64,000 nt of DNA, from the NCBI RefSeq assembly GCF_006345805.1, contig NC_043004.1:80848001-80912000 (forward strand), written 5' to 3'. Under the pieces are notes generated by a model that was not told where the DNA came from, searched no databases, and was given only the letters and a program-made list of their open reading frames with translations. Both the position numbers and the translations under genes were made by a program. This stretch comes from Octopus sinensis. Its lineage: Eukaryota. Position 1 is the first letter of the stretch; each line of letters opens with the position of its first letter. Positions 48,538 through 62,617 of the stretch are shown here, piece by piece.

Positions 48538-49418
48538 GTCCATAGAGGTGCAGGGCGCTGCAAAAATCCTTCCCACATTTTGCAAGAAGACTAATATTTC
48601 AACAGCTAATGCACAATTTGCACCAGTTCAAATCAAGATGGCAATTACAGAGAAAGAAAACGATGGAATATTAACTACAAGAAGACGCCATTATCATCTG
48701 CATAAATTCACTAACGCTACGCCAATAGCTGTGCAAAATATGGAAGAATTTTTCTGCCACACCCTGCATATAAATACAGACAGGCATACGCACTTACATA
48801 CAGAGAAAGAGAAAGAGAGAGAAAGAAAGAAAGAGAGAGAGAAAGAGAGAGTCTGTGTATGTGTGTGTGTCTGCTATTCGTTGGTATATGATAATGAGTT
48901 GATAACAAAATGTAAAATAGAACATTTTTATGCAAATGCTATAATTTTTATTAGATAATTTTTTTAGAAAATATTAAAATTTGCTAAATTCAAATCAAAT
49001 GTTTAAAATGTATTCTTTCCACTAGCAAATAATCTTGTAATATTTTGGGTACCAATTGGTAAACTTTTAGACATAAATCAGTCAAGTGCTGCAAAAAATA
49101 TGTGGTGCGGCACAGTTTTGAACGCATGACTGATTTTAGATTAAATACTGTCAACAACAACAATAGTAGCAGCAGCAGTAGCAGGAGTAGTAGTAACAGA
49201 CGTGACCCTACACCAAGGTTCTTTATAATGACTCGATGCAGAAGCCTCTGCAAGTTCACACTTCCAGATAAAAATAGTAGCCAATACTCCCGCCAAATGA
49301 AGAAGAACATATTAAGCACGTTATTTTACTCTAACGCTGATTCTGTTGCATATAACAATCTTTATTCAGCGAGGCGGCTATTTGCAACATCAGTGATTGT
49401 TTATTAACTGTTTTCCTA

Positions 49419-50584
49419 TACGAGTTATGAACAAAAAAGTATCGGAACTGTAACGGAGCTGAAGTACGCAGAGTAAAGCCACTTGGCACAAATTGACCTT
49501 GGATGCCCTCGCGCATGCATACTGAGTTATAACCTTCTCACTCACTTTTGTCGCTTATATCAGTGCTTGGAAGTAAAGTGTTTAGAGTATGGTCGTCTTA
49601 AAAAAGATATCGGGTTTTCAGCTGCATAGGATCTCCTTGATTGTGTCGAGAAAGAATTGAAAGTCGCTATAACAGGTGACGAATCGTGGGTCTATGGCTA
49701 AAACCCCGAAACCAAGGCAAAAATCAAATCTCACTTAAAAGGAAGAAGGTTTGAAGACATCGAATATATCCGAAGGAATGCGACGGGGCAGCTGCTCTCA
49801 GTCAAAAAAAAAAGGAGTTCCAGGAATGTTTCCTATTTTTTTATTGCCCACAAGGGGCTAAACATAAAGGGGACAAACAAAGAAAGACAAAGGGATTAAG
49901 TCGATTACATCGACCACAGTGCGTAATTGGTACTTATTTAATCGACCCCGAAAGGATGAAAGGTAAAGACGACCTCGGCGGAACTTGAACTCAGAAAGTT
50001 GCGGCAGACGAAATACCTATTTCTTTACTACCCACAAGGAGCTAAATGCAGAGAGGACAAACAAGGACAGACAAACAGATTAAGCCGATTACATCGACCC
50101 CAGTGTGTAACTGGTACTTAATTTATCGACCCCGAAAGGATGAAAGGCAAAGTCGACCTCGGCGGAATTTGAACTCAGAACGTTGCGGCAGACGAAATAC
50201 CTATTTCTTTACTACCCACAAGGAGCTAAATGCAGAGAGGACAAACAAGGACAGACAAACAGATTAAGCCGATTATATCGACCCCAGTGTGTAACTGGTA
50301 CTTAATTTATCGACCCCGAAAGGATGAAAGGCAAAGTCGACCTCGGCGGAATTTGAACTCAGAACGTAGCGGCAGACGAAATACCGCTCAGCATTTCGCC
50401 CGGCGCCTCTAACGTTTCGGCCAGCTCGCCGACTTATTTCCAGGAATGCTTCCATCACTGGAAAGGACGCTAGTGTGTTGCTTCAAAAACGGAATACTTC
50501 GAAGGAGATTAAATACCGAATAGATATGTGTAGTAGCTTTCTTATTATAGCACCAGTCACGATACTTTTAGATCAGACCGCATA
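49419..50584 (+). mobile_element. Internally deleted mariner (Tc1/mariner) transposon
   Basis: TA-bounded, diverged TIRs (TACGAGTTATGAACAAAAAAGTATCGGAACTG vs reverse complement TATGCGGTCTGATCTAAAAGTATCGTGACTG); transposase remnants ITGDESWVYG*NPETK and LKGRRFEDIE...EFQECF...YFEGD*. Confidence 0.8.
49834..50437 (-). mobile_element. S2 SINE trimer (184-bp period) inserted in the mariner
   Basis: TSD TTCCAGGAATG(T/C)TTCC at 49818-49833 and 50438-50453; AAATACC junctions at 50011, 50195, 50379. Confidence 0.9.
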
Positions 50585-51193
50585 TATCTCTGGCGACAAA
50601 TTTCATCTTAGCGTGCAACTGGCTGTGAGCGTGAGTGCATGTTATTGACAACACTCAACGAAGTAGAAATGCACCTAGCATCCTCACCAGCCGCTGCTTG
50701 ACGATTTCCGCCTGCCCCCACTATATATATCGTCTTTTTAAACACAGTAGGTCCATAAGAAATATTGTCTCTGAACGAATACTGCAGCAACATTGACTTA
50801 CATGATGTATTTGCATTAAGTATGATACAGAGGTGCCTATTTAAACCCAATGCTGCTTCTGTATGTATGTATGCATTTTTTAATCTTTTATTTGTTTCGG
50901 TTGTTTGATTGTGGTCATGCTTGGGTACCGCCTTGAGGAAGTTTTAGTCGAATGAATCAACAGAATACTTATTTTTTTAAACCTGTTATTCTATCGATCT
51001 CTTTTGCCTTGTTGCTTCGTTACTAGGACTCAAACACACTAACACCGATTGTAAAGTGGTAGTGGTGGACAATTAGAGATAGAAACAAACACGCGCGTAC
51101 GCGCGCGTCGGACTTCTTTCAGTTTCCGCCTAACAAATCCACTCTCTAGGATTTTAGAATATAATTAAATACTTATTCATTCTAATATATGAA

Positions 51194-51529
51194 GGCGCAT
51201 GGCTCAGTGGTTAGAGCGTCGAGCTTACGATCGTGAGGTTGTGAGCTCGAATCCCGGACCGGGCTGCGTGTTGTGTTCTTGATCAAGGCACTTTATTTCA
51301 CGTTGCTTCAGTTCACTCAGCTGTAGAAATGAGTTGCGACGTCACAGGTGCCAAGCTGTATCGACCTTTGTCTTTCCCTTGGATAACACTGGTGGCGTGG
51401 AGAGGGGAGGCTGGCATGCATGGGCGACTGCTGGTCTTCCATAAACAACCTTGCCCGGACTTGTGTCTAGGAGGGTAACTTTCTAGGTGCAATCCCATGG
51501 TCACTCATGACCGAAGGGGGTCTTTACCA
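51194..51529 (+). mobile_element. tRNA-derived SINE family S4, full length
   Basis: A-box TGGCTCAGTGG, B-box-like GCTCGAATCCC, CORE-like TTGTGTTCTTGATCAAGGCACTTTATTTCAC domain. Confidence 0.8.
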
Positions 51530-52049
51530 TTCTAATATATTATAGGTGCATTTTCAGCTTCATTACTTCTATTCCACCACGTGACTGGATTAACAACTAT
51601 GTGTGTATGTTAGTGTGTGTTTTGTTTTGTTTCATTTAACAAAATAGATCTATGGAATATAACTCAAAGTGGCTAATTGCATAGTTTTGAGCAGCGAAGT
51701 CTAATAACAGTTTATTGAATAGTACACCGGATAAATTTCTGATGTATTGAAATTATCTCTGCTTCTAGAGAAGGTAAAACAATCGCTAGGTGGCAACTGC
51801 GACCAACTCCAAGATCCAAGGAATCAAGAATTCTTCATGATTCACATACCAAAATTAGCCGCAGTGCTTATCTAAAATTCGGACATTTTTTTTTCAGTCA
51901 AAGAACAACAAAGCCAAACATTGATCACGAGAGCACCTTTCCAAAATGCCCGAGAGGCCTTACTTTCATTTGTTAGTGGAGATCGATTTGGTTCTAATAC
52001 ACTGGTATTGCGTAGGAAATTGTAAGCCTAGATAAATTGTTTCGATCAT

Positions 52050-52400
52050 AAATTGGCCCAGGCCATGTCTAAGTCTGCTCAACCTGACAGTCTGCTACGC
52101 CATTTCTAAGTCAAGTTCTGTGGCATTATGACCCATGCCTGTAGATAATTGTTGTTGACTGAGATGTAGCCAGGAATAGGTAGCTTATCTGGTACCTCTT
52201 GAAGAAATTAGTCCAAGTTTCGTTCGAAGGTGATGGGATCTTAAATAGGGCAGAGAATGTTGAAAAGAAATTGTGTTGCTGTGAATTTGTGTTGTGAGGC
52301 TGAATTGTGTTGGGGGTGTATGGTACGTGGTCCCAATTTTGAACGAATTCTGCTTAAGAATTGAAGTGATGTCTTTTATAATGAATTCCCTAGACTAAGT
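52050..52400 (-). mobile_element. CR1-type LINE 3' fragment, degraded
   Basis: Minus FLFNILCPI*DPITFERNLD*FLQEVPDKLPIPGYISVNNNYL parallels LFNILP...LDLFLSGVPDEP...SNSL at 32560-32710. Confidence 0.6.
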
Positions 52401-53437
52401 GACGCTCATAAGCAACAGCTCTAGAATATATTAACATCACAAATCTGTAAAATATGATATACGCAGGCAGCGAACTTGTTTTCTTGAGTCGCAAAACTTC
52501 GGTAGCCTACAAAATAAGCCGCTATTTCCCCCCCGCCTTTTCTATATACCGCTTAATTACTGACTAAAATATGTCAGACGTCAAATTCTTAACATAGATT
52601 CCAGTAGTTGATGATTATCACCAATTAATTCAAATGGCTTAAAAGCAGTGTTTAAGTTGAGTAAAATTTCAGAATCGGTAACGTGACTTCCATACGAAAA
52701 TTCTACTCACGTTCAACTTTCTCATCAACAACACACCGAAAACTGCTGGTTAGAATAGAATAGAATAGAGCAGCCTTCCTTGTTTTGATTGCATTTATTA
52801 TTGACCAGAAACCTTCTTCGAAATGTCACAAACAGATTATTTCGAAAGAGAGCAAGAAAAAGAGATAGGGGAGAGGAGTAGAAAATGGTTATTATGGAAG
52901 CTAGAATTCTGCTTTTTGACATCAAACAAGATTTGTAATCGTATTTAGGCACAGCGGGACGCGACAAGAATTGATAACTTGTTTCTTCACCGTTTCCATA
53001 TTCTAGTATCTGACAATATAGTTCTAACCAAAAACAATCCTATCGTAGCAGCAATCTCCAGAGATTGGACAGCAATCTATCCTGTTTTATTTCATATTAC
53101 CAAACGATAAGAACTTCTCTCGATCGGAAATACTCATTTACTGACATATATAATTGTTCTCATCGACTTATTCAAACCGTAAGCTAAATTGACAACGATC
53201 AGGAAAAAAAACACACACACAAAGCGTCTTCATTCAATCGAACGACTCCAGTTATCAATGTCAACCGTTAACGATTCTTCCGTCGGTTTCGACGGGGAGT
53301 ATCTTTGTTTTTTGCTTGTTTCACTGGACTGGGGCATCACCTTGACGTGTTTTAGTTCCATATTTATGTCCTCTTTTAAAATCTAGTATTTATTCTATCG
53401 GTATTTTTTGCCGAACCTTTATGTCACAAGAATTAAA

Positions 53438-53730
53438 GTGTGTGGCTTAGTGGTTAGGGCATTCGGTTCACAATTATAAAGTCGTGAGTTCGATCCCTGG
53501 AGACGTGTTGCATCCTTAAGCAAGACACTTTATTTTATGTTACTTCGGTTTACTTAGCTGACAAAAATTATTTGTACCTCTATTTGAAAGGGCCATCCTT
53601 TTCCCACTGAATCACCCCGAGAATTTATGTTAAGGGTACGCGTGTTTGTGGGGCACTCAGCTATTTTCCCGTTAATTTCACGAGCTGGCTATTCCCTTGA
53701 ACAAATCAACTGGAACACTCGTCGTCCTCA
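53438..53730 (+). mobile_element. tRNA-derived SINE (S4-related), degraded
   Basis: TGGCTTAGTGGTTAGGG...GAGTTCGATCCC...CCTTAAGCAAGACACTTTATTT and the tail shared with 3862-3982. Confidence 0.65.
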
Positions 53731-54322
53731 CCGACGGAGTGCCCAACCAGGTTACAGGGTCGTATACAAACCAACACCATGCGGTGGAGAGGTGGGCAAA
53801 GACAAATACAAAGACACACACACACATATACATATATGCGACAGGCTTCCTTCAGTTTCCATCAACAAAATCCACTCACAAGGCATTAATTGGCCCGGAA
53901 CTATATTAGGAGACACTTGCCCGAGGTACCACCTAGTAGGACTGAACACGAGACCACGGTTTATTCGTGGTCAGAGGCGTTCGTAAACCGAGGTATATCC
54001 CAATTGTTCAATCAACTCAACAACTACCTCATTGAATTACGATACACGTGGCTGGGTGTACCGTACAGCTCCAAAACATCTGAGAAAAGAAAAGATACAG
54101 TGGAGAATGTAGTTTTTAACATATATAAGACGAGATGGTCACGGCTGGAACGTCTTGATCATATACAAGCGTATGTAAGCTGGTCATAAGTTAACGCTGG
54201 CTTCCCGTATTTTAATTATGGTGAACCGCCGAATAGCGCATCCAGGTCATTGAACGATGGCGGAAACATCATAAGAGGGACCTGTTTCTCCTGTCAGTCG
54301 GTAGCGTCTGCCTTTCTGGTAT

Positions 54323-54370
54323 CTGTTACTGAAGAGGAGATAACTACTCCGAAATGCATGCATCCAACAG
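54323..54370 (+). ncRNA. Minimal type-I hammerhead ribozyme motif, canonical core
   Basis: CTGTTA-CTGAAGA-GGAG-ATAACTA-CTCC-GAAA-TGCATGCA-TC-CAACAG: all core positions canonical, perfect stem II, palindromic stem III, AUC triplet, 5/6 stem I. Confidence 0.75.
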
Positions 54371-54443
54371 TCTAGTTAGATGGGCTGAGAAGTGACTCAG
54401 TATATTTACACCTATTTGTCTACAGCAAGAAATTTTCTGTCTG

Positions 54444-54508
<65 letters not shown>

Positions 54509-54521
54509 ATCTCTTTCTCTC

Positions 54522-54610
<89 letters not shown>

Positions 54611-55261
54611 TTAGGTTGTTAATCATAGTCCGATAAGCACAACGTAGTCACTGCTCACACCATAACTAGAAAAAGATAAAATCAATTGAAATAAAAAAAA
54701 ATATGGTGAATCAACTAGACAGGAACCCAGAAAGTCGAAACGTCAAATTACATCATACATTATCGCCAGTGAACCAAAGTTCTTTTGTCTGAATTTACTT
54801 CAGTATTAAAACTCTGGTCGTTACAACTACATGTTGATGATAATTCAGCAACTCATCAAATGAATAGATTAAGTGAAGCTAAAACGAAGAAGTCATGCAA
54901 CAGCTACGTCAGACTTCTTACTGTGAAACAAGCAGAAAGTTTTAAATTTCCTCACATCGCTGGCAAAACTAACAGTTACATACTTACGGTGTGACAAATG
55001 AATAGCTTTCAAAATGCAAAGAATTCTATAGTGTTTTGTATCTGCCTCCGATTATTAATCAATTTGTTTTATAAGCAGGCATGGTTGTGTGATTAAATAG
55101 TTCCCTTCAGAATCATGTCGGTTTGCGTGGTTTCCAGATCAGGTCCAATGCGCGGCACCTTCAGCTGAGCAATACCTTGCAAGTAGATCACTTGATAATC
55201 ACCGCGAGTCGCATAATACTCATCGTCAACCATACGATAATCGCTATCAATTACATAATGA

Positions 55262-55440
55262 TTTCAAATCTTGGCACAAGGCCAGCAATTTTGGGGGAGA
55301 GGGTAAGTCGATTACATCGACGCCGGTACTCAACTGGTACTTATTTTATCGACCCCAAAATGATGAAAGGCAAAGTCGACCTCGGCGGAATTTGAACTGA
55401 GAACGCGAAGGAGGACGAAATGCCATTAAGCATTTTGTCT
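55262..55440 (-). mobile_element. SINE family S2
   Basis: GTCGATTACATCGAC...GGTACTTATTTTATCGACCCC...GGCAAAGTCGACCTCGGCGGAATTTGAAC. Confidence 0.8.
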
Positions 55441-55557
55441 GAAAGGGGGCTATAGAAGGAGGAACTTGCTCGAGGTTCCACGCAGTGAGATTGAGCCGAA
55501 ATATGGTTACGAATCAAATTTCCAAACTACGTAGTCATACCTGCGCCCATATATATA

Positions 55558-55982
55558 TAGGCGCAAGAGAGGCTGTGTGGTAAGCAGCTTGCTTACCAAC
55601 CACATGGTTCCGGGTTCAGTCCCACTGTGTGACATCTTGGGAAAGTGCCTCCTACTATAGCCTCGGGCCGACCAAAGCCTTGTGAGTGGATTTGGTAGAC
55701 GGAAACTGAAAGAAGCCCGTCGTATATATGTATATATATATATATATATATGTATGTGTATGTATATGTTTGTGTGTCTGCGTTTGTCCCCCAACGTCGC
55801 TTAACAACCGATGCTGGTGTGTTTACATCCCCGTAACTTAGCAGTTCGGCAAAAGAGACCGATAGAAGAAGTACTAGGCTTCAAAAGAATAAGTCCTGGG
55901 GTCGATTTGCTCGACTAAAGGTGGTGCTCCAGCATGGCCTCAGCCAAATGACTGAAACAAGTAAAAGAGTAAAGAGTAAAAG
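55558..55982 (+). mobile_element. SINE family S1, full length
   Basis: Close match to 47482-47920. Confidence 0.85.
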
Positions 55983-56079
<97 letters not shown>

Positions 56080-57105
56080 TAAGTGTAACTGCTCGAAACA
56101 GTAAGGACTTCTGTTAAACTTGACTGATAAAAGAAGGCCACGAATGACCCGTCTGTTTTTTTTTTCCTGTCCCTCTAATTGTTGTTTCTCCTGTCCACCT
56201 TTCTATCGTCTATCTTTCCGAATGTTTTATTGTTCTCTATTGTATTTTTGTTTCATTTTTCACACACAGACACACACACACACACACACACACACACAAC
56301 ACATGTTTAATATCCTCTCAGTAATTATTTTATAGCATGCATTTCAAAGCTCCTCCACCTGTATTGGCTACCATATGCTATCATGCAGCAGGAATTCTCC
56401 TTTTATTGGTTTGCATGAGGAAATCCGTTAATATCTGCAGAATTCACACACACAAAGAAGAAAATTATAATACTAGACGATGAAATAAACAGGCTTTAAT
56501 CCAAAACACTACAATTGTTTCTGCGCATCTGTATCAGGTGGTAATTGGTGAGTGCTTCACATATCATGCACATTATTGCATTAATGTGATCCCACAATGA
56601 CTGTGTACCTGCACGTCTTCAAGTGAATGGATTCGTGAGTACACACACACACATACATACATATATGTGTGTGTGTATACACTTATGAATGCGCATATGT
56701 GTATGAGTGTGTGTGTCTTTGTGTTTTTGTCACCACAGCGCTTGACAACCGGTGTTGGTTTGTTTACGTTTCTGTACCCTAAACGGTTTTTTTAAACAGA
56801 AGAAATCGATAACAGATGTAAGAAACAGCAGGCTTTTATAAAATAAAGAAATTACCGGCATCGATTTGCTCCAGTTTGGCCGCAATCCAGTAATAGAAAG
56901 AAGAGGGGAAGGGGAGGATAAGGGGAAGGAAGAGAGAAGATGGGAGGGGGGAGAAAAAGCAGGAGGAGGAGAGAAAGAAGGAGAAGAAGGAGAAGAAGAA
57001 GAAGAAGAAGAAGAAGAAGAAGACTAGAGAAATCTTACTGTTTGCAACATGTCTATTATTAAGCTTCAGGTAATTGTTCATTCGCAAATCAATAAGTTTG
57101 TATAC

Positions 57106-57136
<31 letters not shown>

Positions 57137-57732
57137 TGTATGTATGTATGTATGTATGTATGTATGTATGTATGTAGGTAGGTAGGTAGGTATGTAAGCG
57201 TTTGTGTGTGTGCATATGTGCGTGTGCGCATGTGCATGTATGATCAGAAGACATAACATTTACTGCGTTGCTTCGTATTCAGCCGTTATTCTAATTTCCT
57301 TACTGAATATTTCATTAAAGGCCAAAAAGATTCTCTCTTAAACACAAACTCTCAACGATTGCACATAAAACTATCCGACATTGGATCAAACAGTCCTGGT
57401 CAAAGAGAACGGTCGGAAGCTATGGCGCTTTACTAGACATCTCGAGTATGTTTTATGGTTTAAGCCCACTATTGAGGACTGCTCGCTAATTGGGTATTTT
57501 CGCAGCGATTGTTAAGGCTCAGCAACCTTTTTGTTTTTGTTACTTGTTTTAGTCATTGGATTGCGTCCATGCAGGGGCACCGTCTTGAAGAATTTTGATT
57601 AAACGAGTCGATTCCAGTGTTCTTTGTTTTAAGCCTGATGTTTATCCGATCAGTTTGTTTTGCCGAATCGCTAAGCTACAGGGACGTAAACACACCGACA
57701 CCAGTTTTCAAGCAGTGATGGGAGACACACAC

Positions 57733-57807
<75 letters not shown>

Positions 57808-57812
57808 CCTAC

Positions 57813-57862
<50 letters not shown>

Positions 57863-57908
57863 CCATATGCATATATACATATGTATATGTGCATTCTTAC
57901 ATCTATAC

Positions 57909-57991
<83 letters not shown>

Positions 57992-58299
57992 GTGTGTGTG
58001 TGTGTGTATAGGACGTCACGAAACGTGTATAACAAAAAATACGAAGTACGAGTACATGGAATATGAACTATTTTTTCGAACAACGAAAGATAAAAATGGA
58101 GAACAAGACAAACAACACAAAAAAAAAACGACCCTTCACCAGTTGTTGGCTGTTTTTCTTTCTACTCTCGTATTTCGAATTATCAAACTTCGAAAACTTG
58201 TAATATTTTCGCAAATGTTTTCTGGAATAAATAAATAACAAATTCGGATTCACAAATTTTTTTTAAAGATTTCGAAATGCAGTGACTCAAACCGCAATG

Positions 58300-58830
58300 A
58301 TCCGTTTTTAATCGAACAAATCAACTCTGCAGCTTATTTATTTTAAATCTGGTACTTATTCTAACGGACTCTCTTTTTGTCGAACCGCTGAGTTAGGTGA
58401 ATGCAAAGAAACCAACACCGGTTATCAAGTGGTGGAGAGGAACAAGCACAGACATAAAGACGTACTCACCTACACACACATACATATACATATATAAGCA
58501 TATACGACGGGCTTCTTGCAGTTTCCGTCTACCAAATGCACTCACGAGGCTTTGATCAGCCCAAGGCTATGGTAGAAGACACTTGCCCAACGTGCTACGC
58601 AGTGAGACTGAACCCGGAACCATATGGTTGGTAAGCAAGCTACTTACCTCACAGCCACATACATACATACAATGTGCTTCTTTCAGTTCCCGCCTACCAA
58701 ACCCTCGAACAAAGCTTTGGTCGCTGTGAGGCGCTAGTAGAAGACACTTGCCCAAGGTGCCACGCAATAGGACCGAACCCAGAACTATGTGATTGAGTAG
58801 CAAGCTTCTTACCACTCATCCACGCTTGCG
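58300..58830 (-). mobile_element. SINE family S1 with a duplicated head
   Basis: Two successive AGAAGACACTTGCCCAA...GAACCC.GAAC blocks. Confidence 0.75.
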
Positions 58831-59082
58831 CCAGTAGTTGCTATTTCTAAGTGACTCACTAACTGCGTTGACTCTCTCTCTCTATCTCTCTTCATTTTCC
58901 TCTCTCTCTTTTTCTCTCTCTCATTCGGTGGCTCGTGCTGCGTGACCTCAAGAAGAAAAGAAAAAATGATAGAAAAACAGGAAAAAGAAAGAAAGGGACG
59001 ATATCGTCACGGTCGAAATATTTTCTTGATCCTTGGTTCGCCCGATCAGGCCTGACTTTCGTCTAAGCAACAATAAACAGGT

Positions 59083-59114
<32 letters not shown>

Positions 59115-59424
59115 GCTTCCTGCTGTATTTGAAATGAATCCTTTGGGTTTATCTCTCTCCAACGCCCTATCTTTACTGGATAGAAAACAGTAAACAGGTT
59201 GACCTTATTTCCTGGTGTCGTTAGGGCGGTGTTCTTTGAATTTACTGCACCCTACAACCGAACAAACGAACAATTTTTTTCTGTAAAGGAACTTGTATTT
59301 TGTAAACAGCAGGCATTTCGTTTCATATGATTAGCATCTCGTGCTGTGCGTCGAAATAATGATCGGAGCGGACGTCACCTGCCCTACTGTCCGTGCCACC
59401 TGCCTTCCCTTATAAATATCCTTT

Positions 59425-60222
59425 CTATTCTTTTTACTTGCTTCAGTCACTTGACTGCGGCCATGCTGGAGCACCGCCTTTTAGTCGAACGAATCAACCT
59501 CAGGACTTATTTTTGAAAGCCTGGTATTTATTCTATCGGATTCTTTGGCCGAACCGCTAGATTACAGAGCTGTAAACACAGACACACAAATACATACATA
59601 CATACAAACATACATGCATGCATACATACATATATACATACATACATACATACATACATGCATACATGCATACATACATACATACATACATACTTACATA
59701 CATACATACATATATGTGTGTGTATGTATATACGACGGGCTTCTTTCAGTTTCCGTTAACCAAACACACTCAAGGCTTTGGCCGTCCCGACGCTAAAGTA
59801 GAAGACACTTAAGTCCTGTGTGTGTGGTTGTGTGGCAAGAAGCTTGCTTCCCAACCACATGGTTCCGGGTTCGGTCCCACTGCATAGCACCTTGAGCAAG
59901 TGTCTTCTACTATAGCCTCGGATCGACCAAAGCCGTGTGAGTGGATTTAGTAGACGGAAACTGAAAGAAACCCGTCTTATATGTGTTTGTGTGTATGTGT
60001 CTATATACGTGTGTCTTTGTGTCTGTGTTTGTCCAGTCCATCACCGCTTGACAACAGGTGCTGGTTTGTTTACGTCCCCGGTTTGGCAGAAAGGACCAAT
60101 AAAACCAGTATTAGGCTTAAAAGAAAAATAAGTCCTGGGGTCGATTTGTTCGACTAAAATCCCTTCAAGGAGGTGCTCCAGCATGGCGGCAGTCAACTGA
60201 CTGAAATAACTAAAAGAATATA
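59425..60222. mobile_element. Two S1 SINEs head-to-head (59425-59800 minus, 59818-60222 plus)
   Basis: The tails point outwards; both match S1. Confidence 0.75.
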
Positions 60223-60224
60223 AT

Positions 60225-60872
<648 letters not shown>

Positions 60873-61342
60873 TCACTACACAAACACACACGCTTTTGCT
60901 TATAGGCTTTCGAAGTATTGACACGTCTAAGGAATTCATGAATTCCTTTAGAGACAGAATGATTACCCATCTGGGACCATTTTCTCTTCTATAGCAAAAG
61001 CGTCTGTAGCCATTTAAACGCTAAATAGGTCTTATTATTCGGGTCAGTGCCGATACGATGCTTCTGCAGGGGTTAAACACAAACCGCTGCCTTATCTTAT
61101 GGTAGATGATCTCTGTAATTAAGGGCGCATCAGTCTTTTATCTCTCATCTCTCTCTTGTTCTAGTCTAATAGACTGCGGCCTTGCTGGTGCACTGTCTTG
61201 ACGAATTTTTAGTATTTAAGTTGTTGTTTTTTTGTTTAAAGCTCGGTAGTTTATGGTATCGATTTTCGTTTTGACGAACCGCTAGTTTATGAGGATAGTG
61301 TTGTTGTTGTTGTTGTTGTTGTTGTTGCTGCTGCTGCTGTTG

Positions 61343-61530
61343 TTGAGCGAAGCGGTCTTCGTCACATTAGTGGGAGAGGTCCGAAACGTGGTCCTTTGCT
61401 ATTCGTAAGACCCGCAGAAGAGAAAGCAGGTCAACCCCCGACAGCGAGAGCATCGACGGATGGATGAGTGCGCATCCAGGCTCAGCAGTTGCGTAGGAAG
61501 TCGGGGACAAGAAACAGGAAGAAAGAGTGA
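61343..61530 (-). mobile_element. SINE family S3, 3' half
   Basis: Match to 11092-11280. Confidence 0.8.
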
Positions 61531-61842
61531 CGTAAATACACCATCACTGGTTGTCTAGCAGTGTTGGGGGATAAGCAGAAATACAAAGGCGCGCACGCAC
61601 ACACACGCTCACACACACGCACACATACACACGCACACACACACACATACACACCTATGTATATATGCGACGGGCTTCTTTCAGTTTCCGGCTCGAGGCA
61701 TAGTAGAAGACACTTGCCAAGATGCCACGCAGTGGGACTGAACCCAGAGACATGTGGTTGAGAAGCAAGCTTCTTACTACACAGCCATGCCTGCGCCTGT
61801 AGATAGTGTTGTTGTTGTTGCTGCTTGTCTGTTTGTTTGTTG

Positions 61843-62190
61843 AACGAAGCGGTCTTCGTCCTAGAAGTCCGAAACGTGGTCCTTTGCTATTCGTAAGACC
61901 CGCAGAAGAGAAAGCAGGTCAACCCCCGAGATCGAGAGCATCGACGGATGGATGTATGCGCATCCAGGCTCAGCGGTTGCGTAGGAAGTCGGGGGACAAG
62001 AAACAGGAAGAAAGAGTGAGAGAAAGGTGGAGCGAAAGAGTACAACAGGGGTCGCCACCACCCCCTGTCGGATCCACGTGGAGTTTTAGGTGTTTTCACT
62101 CAATAAACATATACAACGCCCGGTCTGGGAATCGAAACCGCGATCCTCCGACCGCAAGACCGCTGCCCTAACCATTGGTCCATTGCGCTG
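61843..62190 (-). mobile_element. SINE family S3, full length
   Basis: Match to 11092-11440 including the tRNA-like head. Confidence 0.85.
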
Positions 62191-62399
62191 CTGCTGCTGC
62201 TGCTGGTGTCACGGTTTAGCGCCAGGTCGGCTCTGATAGAGCAGAACTAATCCGATGATCAAAAGCATTCCAGCCATGATCATTCGGTCGTTTTTGTATA
62301 TCAGTGACAGCTTCATCCAGCCTTTTCTTATATTTTTAACTTTTCAGAAAGTAACTTGTGGTTTTGAGGTAAACGTGTGTGCGTTTTTGCGTTTGTTTG

Positions 62400-62433
<34 letters not shown>

Positions 62434-62617
62434 ATAAAAATATTTTCGTCAATTAAAAATTATCAATTATACAAATCTTTAATAAAAATGAAATTATAAT
62501 TAATGATTCTTTAAGAAAATTTCTTAAATATTGTGACACAATCAAGGTTATATCGTGGCACTCCGTCAGTTACGACGACGAGGCTCCAGTTAATCTAATC
62601 AACGGAACAACCTGCTC

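Noticed and set aside
53280-53295. CCGTCG-GTTT-CGACGG hairpin as a Helitron end or terminator
   Set aside because: No CTRR terminus or U-tract follows; isolated short hairpins arise by chance.
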